Origin: Geosiphon pyriformis uo1
Taxonomy: Eukaryota; Fungi; Glomeromycota
Direction: 5' to 3'
DNA: 64,000 bases
NCBI GenBank assembly: GCA_016748015.1
Contig: JAAOMT010000299.1
Span: 471,090 to 535,089, forward strand
The position numbers were made by a program, and so were the translations under genes. Below the pieces are notes generated by a model. It worked only from the letters and a program-made list of their open reading frames with translations, had not been told where the DNA came from and ran no database searches. Shown piece by piece: positions 25,075 to 40,200 of this stretch. Each line of letters starts with the position of its first letter. Within the stretch, counting starts at the first letter, position 1.

Positions 25075-28000
25075 AAAAAAATCAAAAAAAAATAATAATT
25101 AACAATAATTTATTGCTAAAAAAAAAGAAACAAAAGTGGTGACAAAAACCCCTACCCTTACTGTTCTTGAATTTTGCCATGCTATTTACACACAAATCAA
25201 AGTGATCTTAGATTACCAGAAGAGTGTTGTCCAGCAAAATCTGCTCTTACTTATTATATCAATGCCAGAATAAATTACCACATAGGAAAGGAAGAAGAAC
25301 CACATGATGCAAAACTTGGATTGTATAGAGAATTATTACAATACACTACAAAAAAAGTAGCAGTAATAGCCGCAACTATTGTCAAAATCCATCAAGAAAT
25401 TGAGCAATATGCCAACAAAAATTTTCTAATATTCACAGGAAACACTAGGGAAAGTACCAACAAAACCAAAGAAAATTTAGAAACTAATCAAGAAAGTAAC
25501 CAGCAAAAACTAGAAACATCTGCTCAAACACTAAAGAAAACTGTCACTCAATTAATAAAGAAACAACATATTTATTCACCAGAAAATAAATCATACCATT
25601 TTTCACCAGAAAATAAGATACAAATTCTATTAGGAGCTGCATCATCATCAACATCAACTCCACAAATGCCAAAAACTAGTTATACTGTAAAATTAAATAA
25701 CGTAACTAAAGAAACATACCAATTACAGAAGGATATTTATTACTATTCCAAAACTCTTTTTTTCAGCCAAAATTCGGAATGGGTTTGAAAACCATAAAAA
25801 AAAGTCTGAATCAGAATCTGAAAAAAAGACCAGTGAAAAAACAATCACAAAACTGGTTACTAGAACAAGCAGCCAGTCCAGAAACCAAGAAACTCATGAT
25901 TAAGAGGAAGAACCAGATATAAGGAAAGCCACCTTTAGGAATGCTCAAGGAAATATTATCCCTCTTCCTCTTAGACCAATAAGCCCACCAGCAGAAAATG
26001 GCAACAAAATAGCCATACTATATATCACAAGACTAACAGATTTCTCAGAAAAGAAAGAAGAAATGGACATACACACATGGCTCAGAGAAGTGCAAAAAGC
26101 CATCCAGGCAAATAACTGGAATGACCAAAGAGCAATTCAAACATTATTTTCTTCTTGAAAGGCACAGCTGACTTATGATATCAAAGCCTGAAAACAAAAC
26201 TCATGAGCTTCACCGAATTTAAAAATGCACTCCTGGAGTATTTTAGCGACCCAAACACTGTAATCCAACTACAGAATGAATTCAATACTATCAAGCAAGG
26301 TACCAATGAAACTGTTACCCAATATCTTGCTTAATTCAATCAAATTTACCATTAGATTGAAGCGATTGAATAAGGATACTATACCAATTCTTAGGTTTTA
26401 AATCAATTTATTAGAAGATTAAAAAGCAGTATTTTAGGAAGAGTATGCTCTGCCTACCCTAATTCATTGCCAAAAGCCGTTACACTTGTCAGAGCTTTTG
26501 AATTGGCTGAGAAAGAAGCTAATCATAGTCAAATGATTAACATAGTAATAGAAAAAAACAAGACAGAAATGTTAGAAAAGAGAGTAACATAATTAGGGAA
26601 GGAACTCTCTAAGAAAATAGAAAGTTACTTCATCTTGGACCCAGGAAGAAATAACACATACCAAATACCTCAAAGACACAACCAGAAATTCAGCGGCAGC
26701 CAAAATAATTGCTCATCATGTTAGAACTTTAGAACAAAAACACACATCTGCCATTTTTGCAAATGCATATGACATTTGATCAGCCAATGTCGAATGCAAA
26801 TAATGCAAAAGGCACATGAAAATAATTATTATATGCCCCCCCAAATGCTCAGAAATTAATACACGCCAATACTACATTAATACTCTACTACATACCAAAA
26901 TCAAGGAACTTACCAGCAATGACTAGTGATTCCAAATCCAAACTGGCATTCAGAGTTTTAAAGCCAGCCAGTATTAGGTCAAAATGCAATTATTACTAGA
27001 AATCCTAATCACGTAGGACCTAATCAGCAAACAAATACAAACTACCCAAACTATCCAAATTTCTAGCCAACTTATCTTAATATATCAGAAAACTTAAATC
27101 TCGGAATTATTAATGGTAACATACTTGGAACCAAAATTATCACCAATAGCCAAAACTTGATCCAAACAATACCACCAGCCATTGTCACAGAAGATAGCAG
27201 CCTCACAGCTATTTTTTCTTTTAAATTAGAGGAAAAAGAGGCTATGTTTAGTGGAGCAGCATTGGACAAGGAATGTCCAATTACTGCTATGTACATGGAA
27301 ACAAAAGTAAACAACACATCAATTAAACTCATCTTAGACAGTGGATCCACCAGAAGCATTGTAATGCTTCAACTAGTAAACCAACTGGATTTCAAAGTTG
27401 ATTATGCTGTGATGTTCTAAATTATAACAGCTGATAGAAGTACCAAACTGCCTCATGGCAAAATCGACATATTCCCTTTCGAAATTAACGGCATAATAAT
27501 ATCTACAAAAGTATTAGTAATAGATGCTACACAATATTAAGCATTAGTAGGGAATGACTGGCTAACAAAAGCCAATGCCACCCTAGACTGGACCACCCAA
27601 AAGCTTTTGATCAATTATAATGGCCACCAGACCAGAATTCCAGCCACCTGTGGCCACTTCCAAAAACCCAGCACCAACCAAAGACCTACCTTCAAATTTA
27701 AGAAAAATCCAGCACTACCAGTCATTGAAACCTATTAGCTCTCTTGGGCTAATGACCAAAGAACAAAACTACCAGCCGTACCAACATGGATCAGCAAAGA
27801 AAGATCCAAATGAAACCAGATAAGTCCATAAAGAAACCACCAGTAATGTAGACCAAAGCTAGAATGCTCAGTTTGTAAAAAAAAACTCTCATCTATAACT
27901 GCATGCAGCACACCAGACAAAAACTCAAGAAACCCCACCTACTACTATTGTAACTATTGTAACAAAGAAAAATACAGTTACCCAGAAAGACATGGAAAAT

Positions 28001-30853
28001 GGGACAAGGAATCATGCCTCACTTGTGGAGAACCATTACCAAGAGAGTGCAACTGGAATGACATACTAGGCAGAAAAAGAACATGTAATGCAACTTGCCA
28101 ATACATGATTCTCATTTGTGACTGGATAAGAGGAGGAATGCTATTTGAAACAGCATTCAACAGAGCATTAAAAAGACTACAGTACTACTCACATGATGAG
28201 AATGAGTTATACAACACCACACAAGCCAAAGTAAGAGAAGGAACTGCCGAAGAAATATGACATTGGAAAGTGTCAGCTGAAATAGCCAACAAAGTTGCCA
28301 ACTACAACATGTTCGACCCAGTGGATGAATTCCAGGAAAACTACTAACAGCTATGCCCCACTTGCCAAGAGCAAGAACAGTATCTCGCCCAGATTAACAC
28401 TTACCTTTGCGAAGACTGTCTTATTCCATGCCAAAGTCAGTGATGTGAAGAGTGTCAATACAAAAAGGACTTAGAAAGAAAAATGAAAATTGAGAATCAG
28501 CAGTACCAAAATCAATCAATAAATCAACAAAACTCACCTGACAGTTCTGAGTCAAAAAATATTTTAGCCTATACCGATCTAGATCAGAAGATCAGCATCC
28601 AGTACTATGACAATGGGCACTTAAGAATAGTACCCGAAAGAGCCCATCCAACTGACACTGAATTCGATCTACAGTATCTGGAAGACCAATTCACAACATT
28701 GCCACCCAGGAGTATTACTAAAATCAACCTAAAAATAATGATTGAAATTCTGCCAGGAATAATGGTCTAAATAATGTTATGATCAAGCCTTGCGAAAAAA
28801 GGAATAAGCATTTAAGGAGGAGTAATTGACTCCAGCTATACTAAAAATTTGATAGTTTTGCTACAGAACAATTCAGAAAAATCTTATACCATTAAATCTA
28901 AGGAGAAGATTGCACAAGCAATTTTTCTACTATTAGTAAAAATTGGGAAATTTGTGCCAGTAGAAAATCGTGAGAAATTGATACAAACAATAAGAGAAAC
29001 TTTTGGTTTCAGATCAACAGGAAAATAAATTGAAGCAAATTTTGCTGAAACAATAGAAGAAAAAGGCAAATTAATTAAAACTAAGTGGTCAATTACACTC
29101 ATGCCTTATGGAAAATCAGAAATTAAAATAAAAAGAACAATAAAAGATATAAATCTAATATTTGAGCCCCACCCAAAAACTTGCCAACAGTTTTCTATAG
29201 GACTTACTAACCTTTTTATTCCAGCTAACAAAACACAATGGATAAAAATTCCTATCACAAATACCACAGAAGAGCTCATATACATTCCAGAAAACACCAT
29301 CATGAGATACCTTGGAACAGAACTAGAAAATGCATTAACACCACAAGAAATTCTAAATTTCCCAAAAATTGCCCTTTACTGTGAACTCACTTCAATAAAT
29401 TGGCAACAACCATTGGAATGCTATCAATTTACACCAGAAGAATTGGCCAAATTAAACATTGGAACAATAAATCCGGACCAACAGCAACAATTAAAAGCAT
29501 TAATTTTAAAATACTCTGATATATTTTCATGAAATGGTGAATTTGGAAAAACCAACTTGGTTCAACACCAAATTCCCACTGGGAATGCCAGACCTGAAAA
29601 ACAACGCACTTACTATGTCCCACTAATAGAGCATAATTTTATCAGAGAAGAAGTCCAAAGCATGTTAAAAAAAAAATAATTCAACCATCAATAAGCCCAT
29701 GGTCTTCACCAGTTGTTTTAATAAGAAAAAAAACAGAAAAATTAGTTTTTGCATCGACTATTGCAAACTAAACAGCAAAACAACCAAAGATTCATATCCA
29801 ATATCATTAATTGACAAAATCTTCAATGTTTTTGGAGGAGCAAAATGGTTTTCTACACTTGACTTGACCAGTGGATACTGGCAAGTAGAAATGGACCCAA
29901 AAGACAGGCATAAAACAGCATTCACAACACAAAATGGCAATTATAAGTTCAATGTAATGCCATTTGGATTGACAAATGCTTCCATAACATTCCAAAAACT
30001 AATGAACATAATTTACTCTGGAATTTTGTGGTAATCCATTGTTGTCTACTTGGATGATACAAATGTTTTCTTGCCAAAATTTGTGGATCATCTCCAACAT
30101 TTACAACAAGTTTTTGAGAGATTGAGACATGCTGGACTTAAATTAAATTTAGAAAAATGTTTCTTTGAGAAAAATAAGTTAGCATTTCTAGGAGACATAG
30201 TTAGAAAAGATGGAATAAAACCAGATCCATCAAAAATAGACAAAGTAAAAAATTTTCCAGTACCTCGAAACATTTCAGAAGTTAGAGGCTTTTTAGGACT
30301 TACATCTTACTACTGCTGCTTTGTAGAAAACTTTTCAAACATCGCCAAACCTCTTAATTATCTATTATCTAAAAATGTGAAATTTGAATGGACCAAAACA
30401 CAGCAAAAAACTTTTGAGTACCTTAGGCAAAAGCTTATTGAATCACCAATAATAATCTATTCAGATTTCAACAAGAAATTCATTTTGGCCACAGATGCCT
30501 CTGGAATGAGACTTGAAGCCATTTTGTCACAAAAAGATGATAATAGAAGAGAATGTGTAATCACTTATGTCAACAGAAGTCTCAGTACAGCAGAGCAAAA
30601 CTATACAGCACATGAACTTGAATGCTTAGCAGTAGTCTGGAGTTGTGTTCACTTTGACACATACTTATGGTACAAACTCTTTGATATTACTACAGATCAT
30701 AGAAGTCTGGTCTGGTTAAATAACAAAAAAACACTAAAAGGAAAATACACCAGATGGTTACAAATATTAGCACCATACAATTATATCATCAAATACAAAG
30801 AAGGTACCAAAAATGCCAATGCTGACTGCTTGTCATAAATAAGACACACATAA
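25057..30853 (+). pseudogene. Element D ORF1: Gag (CCHC knuckle), PR, Cys-rich domain, dUTPase, RT, RNase H; start approximate
   Basis: CHFCK..GH...C, LILDSGS, CLTCG/CQY, RAHPTD.EFDL, KIAQAI, LDLTSGYWQ, YLDD, TDASG and NADCLS motifs, with many stops. Confidence 0.9.
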
Positions 30854-30884
30854 AAACCATCAAACAACAACCAATTCATAAACA

Positions 30885-32264
30885 ATGAACAATTATCTTT
30901 ACAAAAAGCTTAGCCAATACTTGAGAATACTATAGCTAAATGAAAATACACTGATAAAAGAACTAATTAAGTTCCAGAAATTATTAAAACATTATTTTAT
31001 TCAAAACCACATACTTTATTATCAGAATCAACAAAATCCAGATAATCCATTGAGAGTTATAACCGAAAATGAAAAAGAAACCATCTTATTTAACATGCAC
31101 TCGAATATCCATTCAGGCCACTTTGGAAAAGAAGCAACTATTCAACATACAACTAGTCATTATTATTGGCCAAAAATGCACTCAGATATTATTCAATACA
31201 TAAAAAATTGTGACCTATGCCAACAAAGAGGAGGAACAAAAACAACAGAACCACTAAGACCCATAAAAGTTGGACAACTATTTAATAAAATTGAAATTGA
31301 TTTAGTTGGACCATTACCAATAACAGCAAGAAACAATTGTTATATTGTAGTAGCAATAAATTACCTCACTAAATGGCCAGAAGCTAGAGCCATTCAAACA
31401 ACTGATGCTATATCTGTAGCCCACTTTGTACATGAAGATTTAATTTGCCATTATGGATGTTCACAAGAATTGTTGTCAGACCAAGGGACACATTTTGTAA
31501 ACAGTACACTAAATAAACTCAGCCAAAGATTTGGAATTAAATGACCACTATTATTACCATACCACCCCCAAACAAATGGATTAGTTGAATGGTTTAACTG
31601 TACACTATGTGAAGCATTAGCCAAAATCAGCAATGAACATAAAAAAGAATGGGATTTGTTCATACCAGCAGTTTTATTAGCATATAGGACATTAAAACAA
31701 AATACTATATAATTCACACCATTTGAATTGGTTTATAGAAGAAAAGCCATATTACTAATTAAACTTACTATTCCAACTTATCCAAATGAAATTATTATAG
31801 AAACAATATTTCATAAAACAATACTTAGAAGAACATATGAGTTAATGGAAATTTTGGAGAACAAAAGAAGAAAAGCAGCTCAAAATATTGAACAGTCACA
31901 AGCACAACAAAAAGTAAGACATGATAACCAGTTACCAAATAATATAATTAGCTATAAAATAGGAGACAAAGTATTGTTGCATCACACCAAAGCAGAAAAG
32001 CAATAGAATGAAAAGTTTGACCACAAGTGGGATGGACTATTCTATATTCATGAAATACTTGGCAATAAAGCATACAAGTTAAGACTAGATAAGAAAATTT
32101 TAAAAAAAGCAGCACATGACAACTGGCTGAAATTATATTACAACAAACCAGTAATAACAACATAAACACTTAGAATTGGAACACAAATACTACTAGTATT
32201 ACCAGATCAGATTCCGCGAAATTTAGAACCAGTAGTTTTAATTGAACATTATATAAAAAAATAA
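30885..32264 (+). pseudogene. Element D integrase (separate ORF)
   Basis: ATG at 30885; MHSN..GH / CDLC, IDLVGP, SDQG and C-terminal IPRNLEPVV. Confidence 0.9.
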
Positions 32265-32349
32265 TTAATCTTAAATTACACCAAGAAACAGTTAACAAAG
32301 CATAAAAATGCATGCAAAAGAGCCCAAAAAGCAGTCAGAAATTAAAACA

Positions 32350-33021
32350 ATAACATATATTCCAGAAAACATTAGTAAGTTAACCCAACAACTATGTCAA
32401 AGCTTATAACAATCAAATTCAGATTTGGAAATTACAATTAATAGTTCCAAGATATCATATAAAAGAAAAATGATACCAAATTCTACGATAAATAAGAAAC
32501 CTAGTTTTGTACTATATACTACTATTGCCAAAAACAGTAACAGCTTTATTGACAAAACCATTAAAAATTTAGGAATAGCATTGGATAATACATTGATAAC
32601 AGAAGAAATGAACATAGTAGAATTAACACCAAGTATATTTGAACAGCTGAAGAAAAAATTCCCCATTAATTATTGTTATTACCAATTGGGAAAACAATTA
32701 AACATACAAACATTATACTCAAAAGATTCAGTCAAAGTATTCAGCAAAACAACAATACAACAATTGAAAAGTTTTATTGAAAAAACCAACAATATACTTC
32801 ATATAAAAGCTGTTTACAGAATTTTTAAGGCTTTCAAAAACTGTTACAAAGTACTATTGGATCCAACTATGAATCTTATAATAATTAATAGCATTGGACA
32901 ATTAACCAATTTACAATTTCAAAATTTACAACAACAAATTAATAATATAATATTAGATTATTACAGTAATATAGAAATCAATAAAGAAATTAACTTCAAT
33001 TTTGACAGAGCTCAATCTTGA
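32350..33021 (+). pseudogene. Element D ORF3; start ATG decayed to ATA, one stop
   Basis: IPENI...LEITIN, YCYYQLG, AVYRIFKAF and IGQLTNLQFQNL motifs. Confidence 0.8.
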
Positions 33022-33034
33022 AAGGAGAGGATAA

Positions 33035-33850
33035 TGTTACAGTTTAAGAATTTAATAGGAATTATAAATAATATAAATTAGCCAATCATGAAATAGCACA
33101 GCAACAATTTATAAAAAGAAATGATTTACAAATAACAGCAAGCACTATTTTACAATAGCATCAAGCACTATCGTGCAATAGCAGTAAGCACTATTTCACA
33201 ATAGCAGCAAGCACTATTTAGAAATAATGGAAATAGAGTATTACAAGACATTATTTTGTAAAACAATAATTATATATATATACAATAGTTTTTAATGATG
33301 AAAAAAAACAAGCTTCAACTAGAAACAACAAATATCTAAATAAAATCTTATTTAAAAAAAAAGAATTAATAAAAATAATAAATTGAATGAACATCACAAT
33401 TACGAGATTAACAATAGAATTCACATACCCTCTTTAGCGAATGAAACTATTATTCCATCTTTAAACTCTTTGAAAGAATAATTCCTGATTAAGATTATTC
33501 ACATGATTACTAATTAAATTGAAAAAGCTTATTATATACTTAGAAAAATCGTGAAAAGACTATTAACATTCCATGTTTCTAGATTAGAGAAACACATCAG
33601 GCAATTGCAAAGATAGCCTCAAAAAAAACCCCAGACAGTGGATAGATTTTAAATTAGTTTCTGGGAAAAAGTATACAACATACAAAAACAACTAGAATTA
33701 GAGAAAAGACTTATATTACAACATCAAAAGAAAACTTTTAGTACATTATCATTAATATCTAACATATAATAGAGGAACTTATGAGAAACTAATTGCAATT
33801 AAAATGGGAGATCAACAATTAAAATATACCAAGAAAACCATCCCGTAACA
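33035..33850 (+). repeat. 3' LTR of D (816 bp)
   Basis: Preceded by PPT AAAGGAGAGGATAA; TGTTAC...GTAACA termini; 23-bp tandem CAATAGCAGCAAGCACTATT units. Confidence 0.95.
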
Positions 33851-34318
33851 CCATGATCAAGTGCTATTGTTCCAGTGTAGTCAAGTATCAATTACTATCA
33901 ACATGAAGTATTGATAGTAAAGAGTAGATTGGAGATAGTAAATAATTATTTATTTAATATTTGTAATATGGAAGGTTGCTTAGATTAAATCTAAACTGTA
34001 AGGTCTCTTTTTTTTACTTATAATGTTACCAATATATATACATAATTGAGATTCCTTAATTCCTCAATTCTTTACACCAGGAATCCTAGAATTCTTGGAA
34101 TCCTGTAATTCCTTTAAGAGAAATCCTGGAATTTTGAAATCCTGTGATTCCTTGTATGAGAATTCTGAAATTCCTGGAATTCTGCAATTCCTTTAAGAGA
34201 AATTCTGGAATTCCACATTTACTACAGCTACTTCTGATTGGCTAATTTATATGCTAATATACTTCCTATATTTTATGAGTAACACCAGTCAACAAAACCA
34301 ATAGCCTTAAATAACTGC

Positions 34319-35178
34319 TATTACAGATAATTATTTGGGGTCTCAAATCAAATAACAAATCTGTAACTTAATGCTTAATAGCTGATATAATTGGTAATAT
34401 TTGAAGATTTTGGTATCTGAAGGTTTTGGTTAAGTCTTTTGTATAATGAACAGAGATTTAAATGTTGTTTTATTTATAGCTTCTTGGAATTGCAATTTCA
34501 TTGAATTTTTTTTTTCAGTGTGGTGGCTGGTTTATTTTGGCAGTCATGCTTTTCTGATAAGCTATTCTTAATCTTTGAGTGTTCTACTCTTGTTTTATGG
34601 GTTTTTTATCAGACTATTCTTGACATCAATAACTTAGCACTTAATTTTTAATTAATTAGTATACAACAATAAAAGAAAAATAAAAACAGAAAAGAAATAA
34701 AGAAAAAATTTAAGCCAAGACAATTTATGTTAGTATCCTATTAATAATCATAATCAAGAATTATTGTTTTAGTGTGATTAAGTATTAAAGACTATCAACA
34801 TGAAGTATTGATAGTGGAAAAGTGATTTAGATGGTAAATAATTATTTATTGATATTGATAATTCCAACTAAAATGTTTTAATAGGGAGATTTTGTTATTG
34901 TTCTTTTTTTTAATGCTCTTATTATATATATATAATTTGGGTTCTATAAGATTGCTCATATTCTCAAGTAATGTGCTATAATTTCTTAAGCAATGCTTAT
35001 ATTGCTAAGCAATATGTTATGATTTTCTAACAATGCTCTACATTGCTGAGCAATGTGCCATAATTTTTGATAATATTTCACATTGTTAAGCAATATGTTT
35101 ATGTGTTAACTACTATTCTCCTATTGGTCTATTTGTTTTTTCTACTATTTTTTTGTATGCTTTTTTCTATGAATAATA
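34319..35178 (-). repeat. 3' LTR of F
   Basis: Direct repeat of 43348-44192; adjacent PPT (reverse complement AAAAAGAGGAGATAA). Confidence 0.92.
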
Positions 35179-35197
35179 TTATCTCCTCTTTTTAATA

Positions 35198-35823
35198 TTA
35201 AGCTTCATCAAAATCTTCATTTTGAATTAGGTTCATGACTTTTTTTTTTAATATTATTTGTTCAACTCTGCTTCTTATATTTTTGATTTGTGAGTTGTTT
35301 ATTTTTTCTCACTAGTTAATGGTTATTGTCTCCATATTAGAGTGTAACAATATTTCTGAGTAGTTTTAAAATATTATGTATAGTTAATAAATTGTTCTAA
35401 TATGTAGTGTCAGATTTGTTTTTTTTCCAATAATGTCTTTAATATTTTATATTATTTCTTGATTGAATATTTTTTTGGCTTTATCAAGATATAACTTCTG
35501 AATATCCAACTTTTGTTCTAACTGATAATAGCAGTATAGTATTAGAAGTTGTTTTATCTACTGTTTTCAATTTTCCTTTGAAAGTTTTTTTGTTGAAACC
35601 ATAATGGGTATTTTTCTAAGAATGTTTTTCACTTTTTCTACTATTTTATCTGACCAATTTCTTGGTTGGTTCTGTGGCCACTGGTATGGTGTGTTTTTTT
35701 TTGTTTGGTGTTTCAATAGCAGATTGTTTGGTGGTTGATAGTAATTTTCATGTCCAATTGTTGTTGATTTAAGATCTGAAATAATTGCTGAGCTAAGATG
35801 TGAATATAATCTGGTATTTCTAT
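35198..35823 (-). pseudogene. Element F ORF3
   Basis: Translates (M)EIPDYIHILAQQLFQILNQQQLDMKITIN, homologous to C ORF3 MEITDNIYLLAQQFFQLIQYQEMKITIN. Confidence 0.78.
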
Positions 35824-35877
35824 TTTCTTTGTTGCTTTTGTTGTATATACCATGTTTTTATATACTCTTTTGATCAA

Positions 35878-37237
35878 TCAACTTGACATGTTTGAATCAA
35901 TAATTATAATTGGTTTTAGATCTTATAAAATTTTATCTGGTTGGACTAGTATTTATTGTACTTCTAGTCATAGAATATTACTGGTCAATAATAATGCTGT
36001 ATTATAATATGGTTTCAGTCAATCATTATGTATTGCTTTGGCTAAGATTTTGTTGTTCTATCTTAGTTTATAAGCTCTATTTTCTAGAATTTTTTCAATG
36101 TAAAATGGTCTATTCCATTTAAGGTTAAATTTTCTATTCTATTGTTTTTCTACTTTGGTATAATATAAAAGTACTTTGTCTTTAATCCTGAATTCCACTG
36201 GTTTATCTGGTAACTGGTTATCATGTTGTTTTTTTTTGGTTTTTTTATAACTTTTAAATATTATCAGCTGCTCTTTGTCTTTTGTTTTCCAATATTTCTA
36301 TTAATTTATATGTTTTTCTTAGCAATATTCTTTAAAAATTAGCTTCTGTTATTGGTTTTATTAAATATGTATTAATGTTTATTTTAATTGGTAGTGTTGC
36401 TGTTCTATCATAAACAAGTTTAAATAGTGTTGCTTGTGTAGTATCTTGCTTCATTGTTTGATAAGCAAATAATACTAATAGAATAACCAAATCCCATTCA
36501 TTTTGGTTTTTTTGACTAATGTTCTGTTGAATTTTTCTATTAAACTGTTTGTTTGTGGATAATATGATGATGATAATAGTCTTTTGATTCCAAATCTTTG
36601 GCTTAATTTTGCTAATGTTCTGTTTACAAAATGCATTTTTTGATCTGATAACAATTTTTTTGGACATTTGTGTTGACAAATCAGATCTTGGTAAACAAAT
36701 TTGGCTATAAATTCTGTATCTGCTTTTTGAATTGCTTTTGCTTTTGGCCATTTTGTGAGATAGTTCATAGCTACTGCTATATAACAATTGCTTTTGCTGA
36801 TTATTGTTAATAGTATGACTAAATCAATTCCAATTTTATCAAATAGTTGTCTTATTTTAATTGGTCTTAGTGGTTTACTGAGTCTTGTTTCTTTTTTTCT
36901 CTGACAAGTATCACAATTTTGAATGTATTTGATAATATCTGGATATATTAATGGCCAATAATATTTTTTTCTTGTTCTTTCTATGGTTGTTTCTTTATGG
37001 AAATGTTCTGTTATTGAATCTGAATACATGTTGTATAGTATTGTTTCTTTTTTGATTCTGTAATTACTCTGAGTGGTTAATCTAGATTTTTTTTGTTTTT
37101 CTGATATAATATATTTTGGTGAATGATAAAATATTTGGATTGTTGTTTTATGTTGTTTTGTTCTCTTTGAGATAATTTTTTTTGAACTGCTGGATATTAA
37201 TATAATGTTAGAGTTGTTGATATCTTTGTGTATTTAT
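35878..37237 (-). pseudogene. Element F integrase (separate ORF, start ATG decayed to ATA)
   Basis: ORFs 36475..37029 and 36332..36787 contain CDTCQ, GIDLV and SDQ. Confidence 0.88.
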
Positions 37238-37267
37238 CTTTTGTTATATTTTTGGGTTGAAATGTTT

Positions 37268-40200
37268 TTAGATTTGTCTCATTCATGACAAGCCATCAGT
37301 ATTTCCATTTTTTTTTCTCTTTTTATAATGTACTGTATATTTAAATGATAACAGTTCTATTTTCCATCTGATATGGTAGTTATCTCCAAATTTTTGCTTC
37401 TGGATTGATGTCAATTCTTTGTGATTAGTATATATGTTGAATTTCTGGCTTAAGTATTCCTTCTATTTCATAACTGCCCAATAGATAGCTAAGTGTTTTA
37501 GCACTAGTGTTTTATAGTTTTTTTCAGCTAGATTCAAGTTTTAGCTGGTATATACTACTAAATGTTCTCATCCATCTGGTTTTCTTTAAGATAGTATGAC
37601 TCTCAATGCTTGACCAGATACATTGGTAGTAATAATGAATAGTTTGCTGTGATTTGGATAGATTAATACTGGTGCTTGAATAAGCTTTTTTCTTAACATT
37701 TCAAAAGCTTTTTATTGAGCTTTAGTCTATTTATATTTCACATTTTTGGCTTGGAATTGGTGAAGTGGTTGAGCCAGTTTGGAGAAATTCTGAATAAAAC
37801 AGTAATAATATTCAGCAAATCTCAAGAATACTTTTAATTCTGTAAGATTCATTAGTACCAAAAAGTTTTTAACAATTTCAATCTTGTTTGAATCTGTCTT
37901 AATTCCATTTTTGTTCACAACATGTCTCAAGAATTTTAGTTTTGTTTTGCCAAAGAAATACTTGTTTGTATTTAGTTTTAATCTGGCTCTTTTGAATTTC
38001 TTAAACACTTGCTGTAAATAATAAAGATAATTATCAAATGTTTTTGAGAATACATTGGTGTTATCCAAATACACAACTACTGATTTCCATAATAATCCAG
38101 TATAAACAATTTCTATAAACTGTTGGAAAGTGGCTGGTGCATTGGTTAAACCAAATAGCATTACTTCAAATTCAAAATTTCTCTTTCTGATAGTAAATGT
38201 GGTCTTTTTTTTATCAGCTGAATTTATGGCTACTTGCCAGTAACTACTATTCAAGTCTAATATAGAGAACCATTTCTTTCCTCCAAAAATGTTAAATAAT
38301 TTTTGTATTCATGAAGTTAGATAACTATCTTTATATGTTACTCTATTAAGTTTTTTGTAATCTACACAAAAATAGATTTTTTTATTTTTTTTATGGACTA
38401 GTACTATTGGTGATAATCATGAACTCATTGATGATTGAATTAACTCATTGTCTAACATCCAATTGATTTTTTGTCAAACAATTTCATGGCTGGCAAATAG
38501 TATTTTATATGCTCTCTGTTTTATTGGCATGATATTTCCTGTCTTGATCTGATATTGAATGATGTCAGTTTTGTCAAATTCATTTTTATTGGCAAAGATA
38601 TCAGTGAAATTATTAAGCAATATTTTAAGCTGTATTTATTGAAGTGGATCTAAATTTCCCAAGTTTATTTGTTCTAATTGTTTTGATTAGAGCAAATAAT
38701 ATTTTTCTTATCCATATATTGTTTATAATGTGATATCTACGTATTTACATAGTTGTGGAAAATCTGAAATGGTGCTTGGTAATTGTTTTTCAACTTCTGT
38801 ACTTAAATAACCAATAATAGTTTCTTTTGGTATTTTGATAATCTTTTTTGTTATATTGTAGATAGAAATTTTAATGTATTTAGGGCTTTTGGCTAGTATG
38901 TAAAGATTGGTAATTCCAATTTTTTCTGATTTACAATTAGTAGCTTTTACTTCAAAAATTTGAGCTTGATTCTTTATTTTTTTTTCTATGGCTAATATGT
39001 ACTGGTCATATAATAAAATGGAAATTAATTGATGAGTGGAGATAATTTTTTCCTTGTCAATAACTTTTTTCTCTACCATATTAACTAATATATCTATTTT
39101 ACCCATGGATCCAAATCCATTTTTTTCTTTGGCTGTAATCCCTAATTTTTCCCTTGTTTTTACTAACACTAACTGAGCTATTTTCACCAAAAGTAGAAAT
39201 ATTGTCTGTGCTATCTTTTTATTTAGTTCAATAACATATTCTTTTTCTGAGTTATTTTGTAATATTGCAATAATATTTCCTATATATTCTGCATCAATTA
39301 TTTCTCCTTTGATGTTAATTTCTTTTTTCACTAAACTACTTTTAGATATTAGTTGGACCATTGTTGTTGTTGAGATTTCCAGTGCTATTTTTAAATCTAT
39401 GTAGATATGCAAATGTGGTTTCAATTTGATGGCATTTTTTCTTAGATATCTTAGATCAAATTCTGTATCAATATTATGCACATGTTCTGACATAATATTT
39501 TCATTATTATCATTGAACTATTTAAGTTCTTGCTCTTTTGAAAGATCAAAGAGTATGATATATTGTTCTGAATTTGAATTAAAGTCTAAATCATTGTTAT
39601 TGGTGTTGTTTTTTTAAACTGAACTGAAACCATTGTTTTTGTTATTGTCATCAGGGTTTAAATTGAGATTGAACAGTGATTCCAATTCTAATACACAGTT
39701 GTTGATTGGTTCTTCTTCTTTTGAAATTATGTAGATTATATGTGATGGTAAATTATAAATAAGATTACAATTATTACAATACTTAAAATCACATGGTATT
39801 AAACAATAATCACATAGTTGGGTGTTTAGCTCTTTTAAATGTTGTTCTTGCTTTTTTTATGTAGATGCCAAGTCCTGATAGTGTTCATGGAACTGCTTTG
39901 AATTGTCTTCAATATTATTAAAAACATTAAAAGTGAAGATGTATTCTGGTTTGGGTAGTAAGAGTAAATTGTTCTTAATTTCCAATAGTTCATTGAGTAA
40001 AATACTTTTAATCTTGGTGCTTGCCATTCTCCATATCTTGTGTTTGTCATGTGAGTATTTTTCTAAATATTTTAGTACTCATTTCCAGACATTGTCGATT
40101 GGAGTCTCTTTTTGTATCTAATCATTAATTAAAATCATATATTGACACATTTTATTGTATATTGTTTCTCATCTAGAAATGTTATTCCATATTTTTTTAT

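Larger units (their letters stand above)
24262..33850 (+). mobile_element. Full-length Gypsy element D (family 3, 9.6 kb) inserted into the solo LTR
   Basis: Paired LTRs, PBS, gag-PR-Cys-rich-dUTPase-RT-RH, separate IN, ORF3, PPT; flanks TTGT/CCAT derive from an ancestral CCGT TSD. Confidence 0.95.
23819..34284 (-). repeat. Solo LTR (family 2 type), split by element D into 23819-24261 and 33851-34284
   Basis: The two halves join into a sequence alignable to the C and F LTRs; termini TATTAC (from TGTTAC)...GTAACA; flanks TTAG/CCAG form a TSD after C>T decay. Confidence 0.88.
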
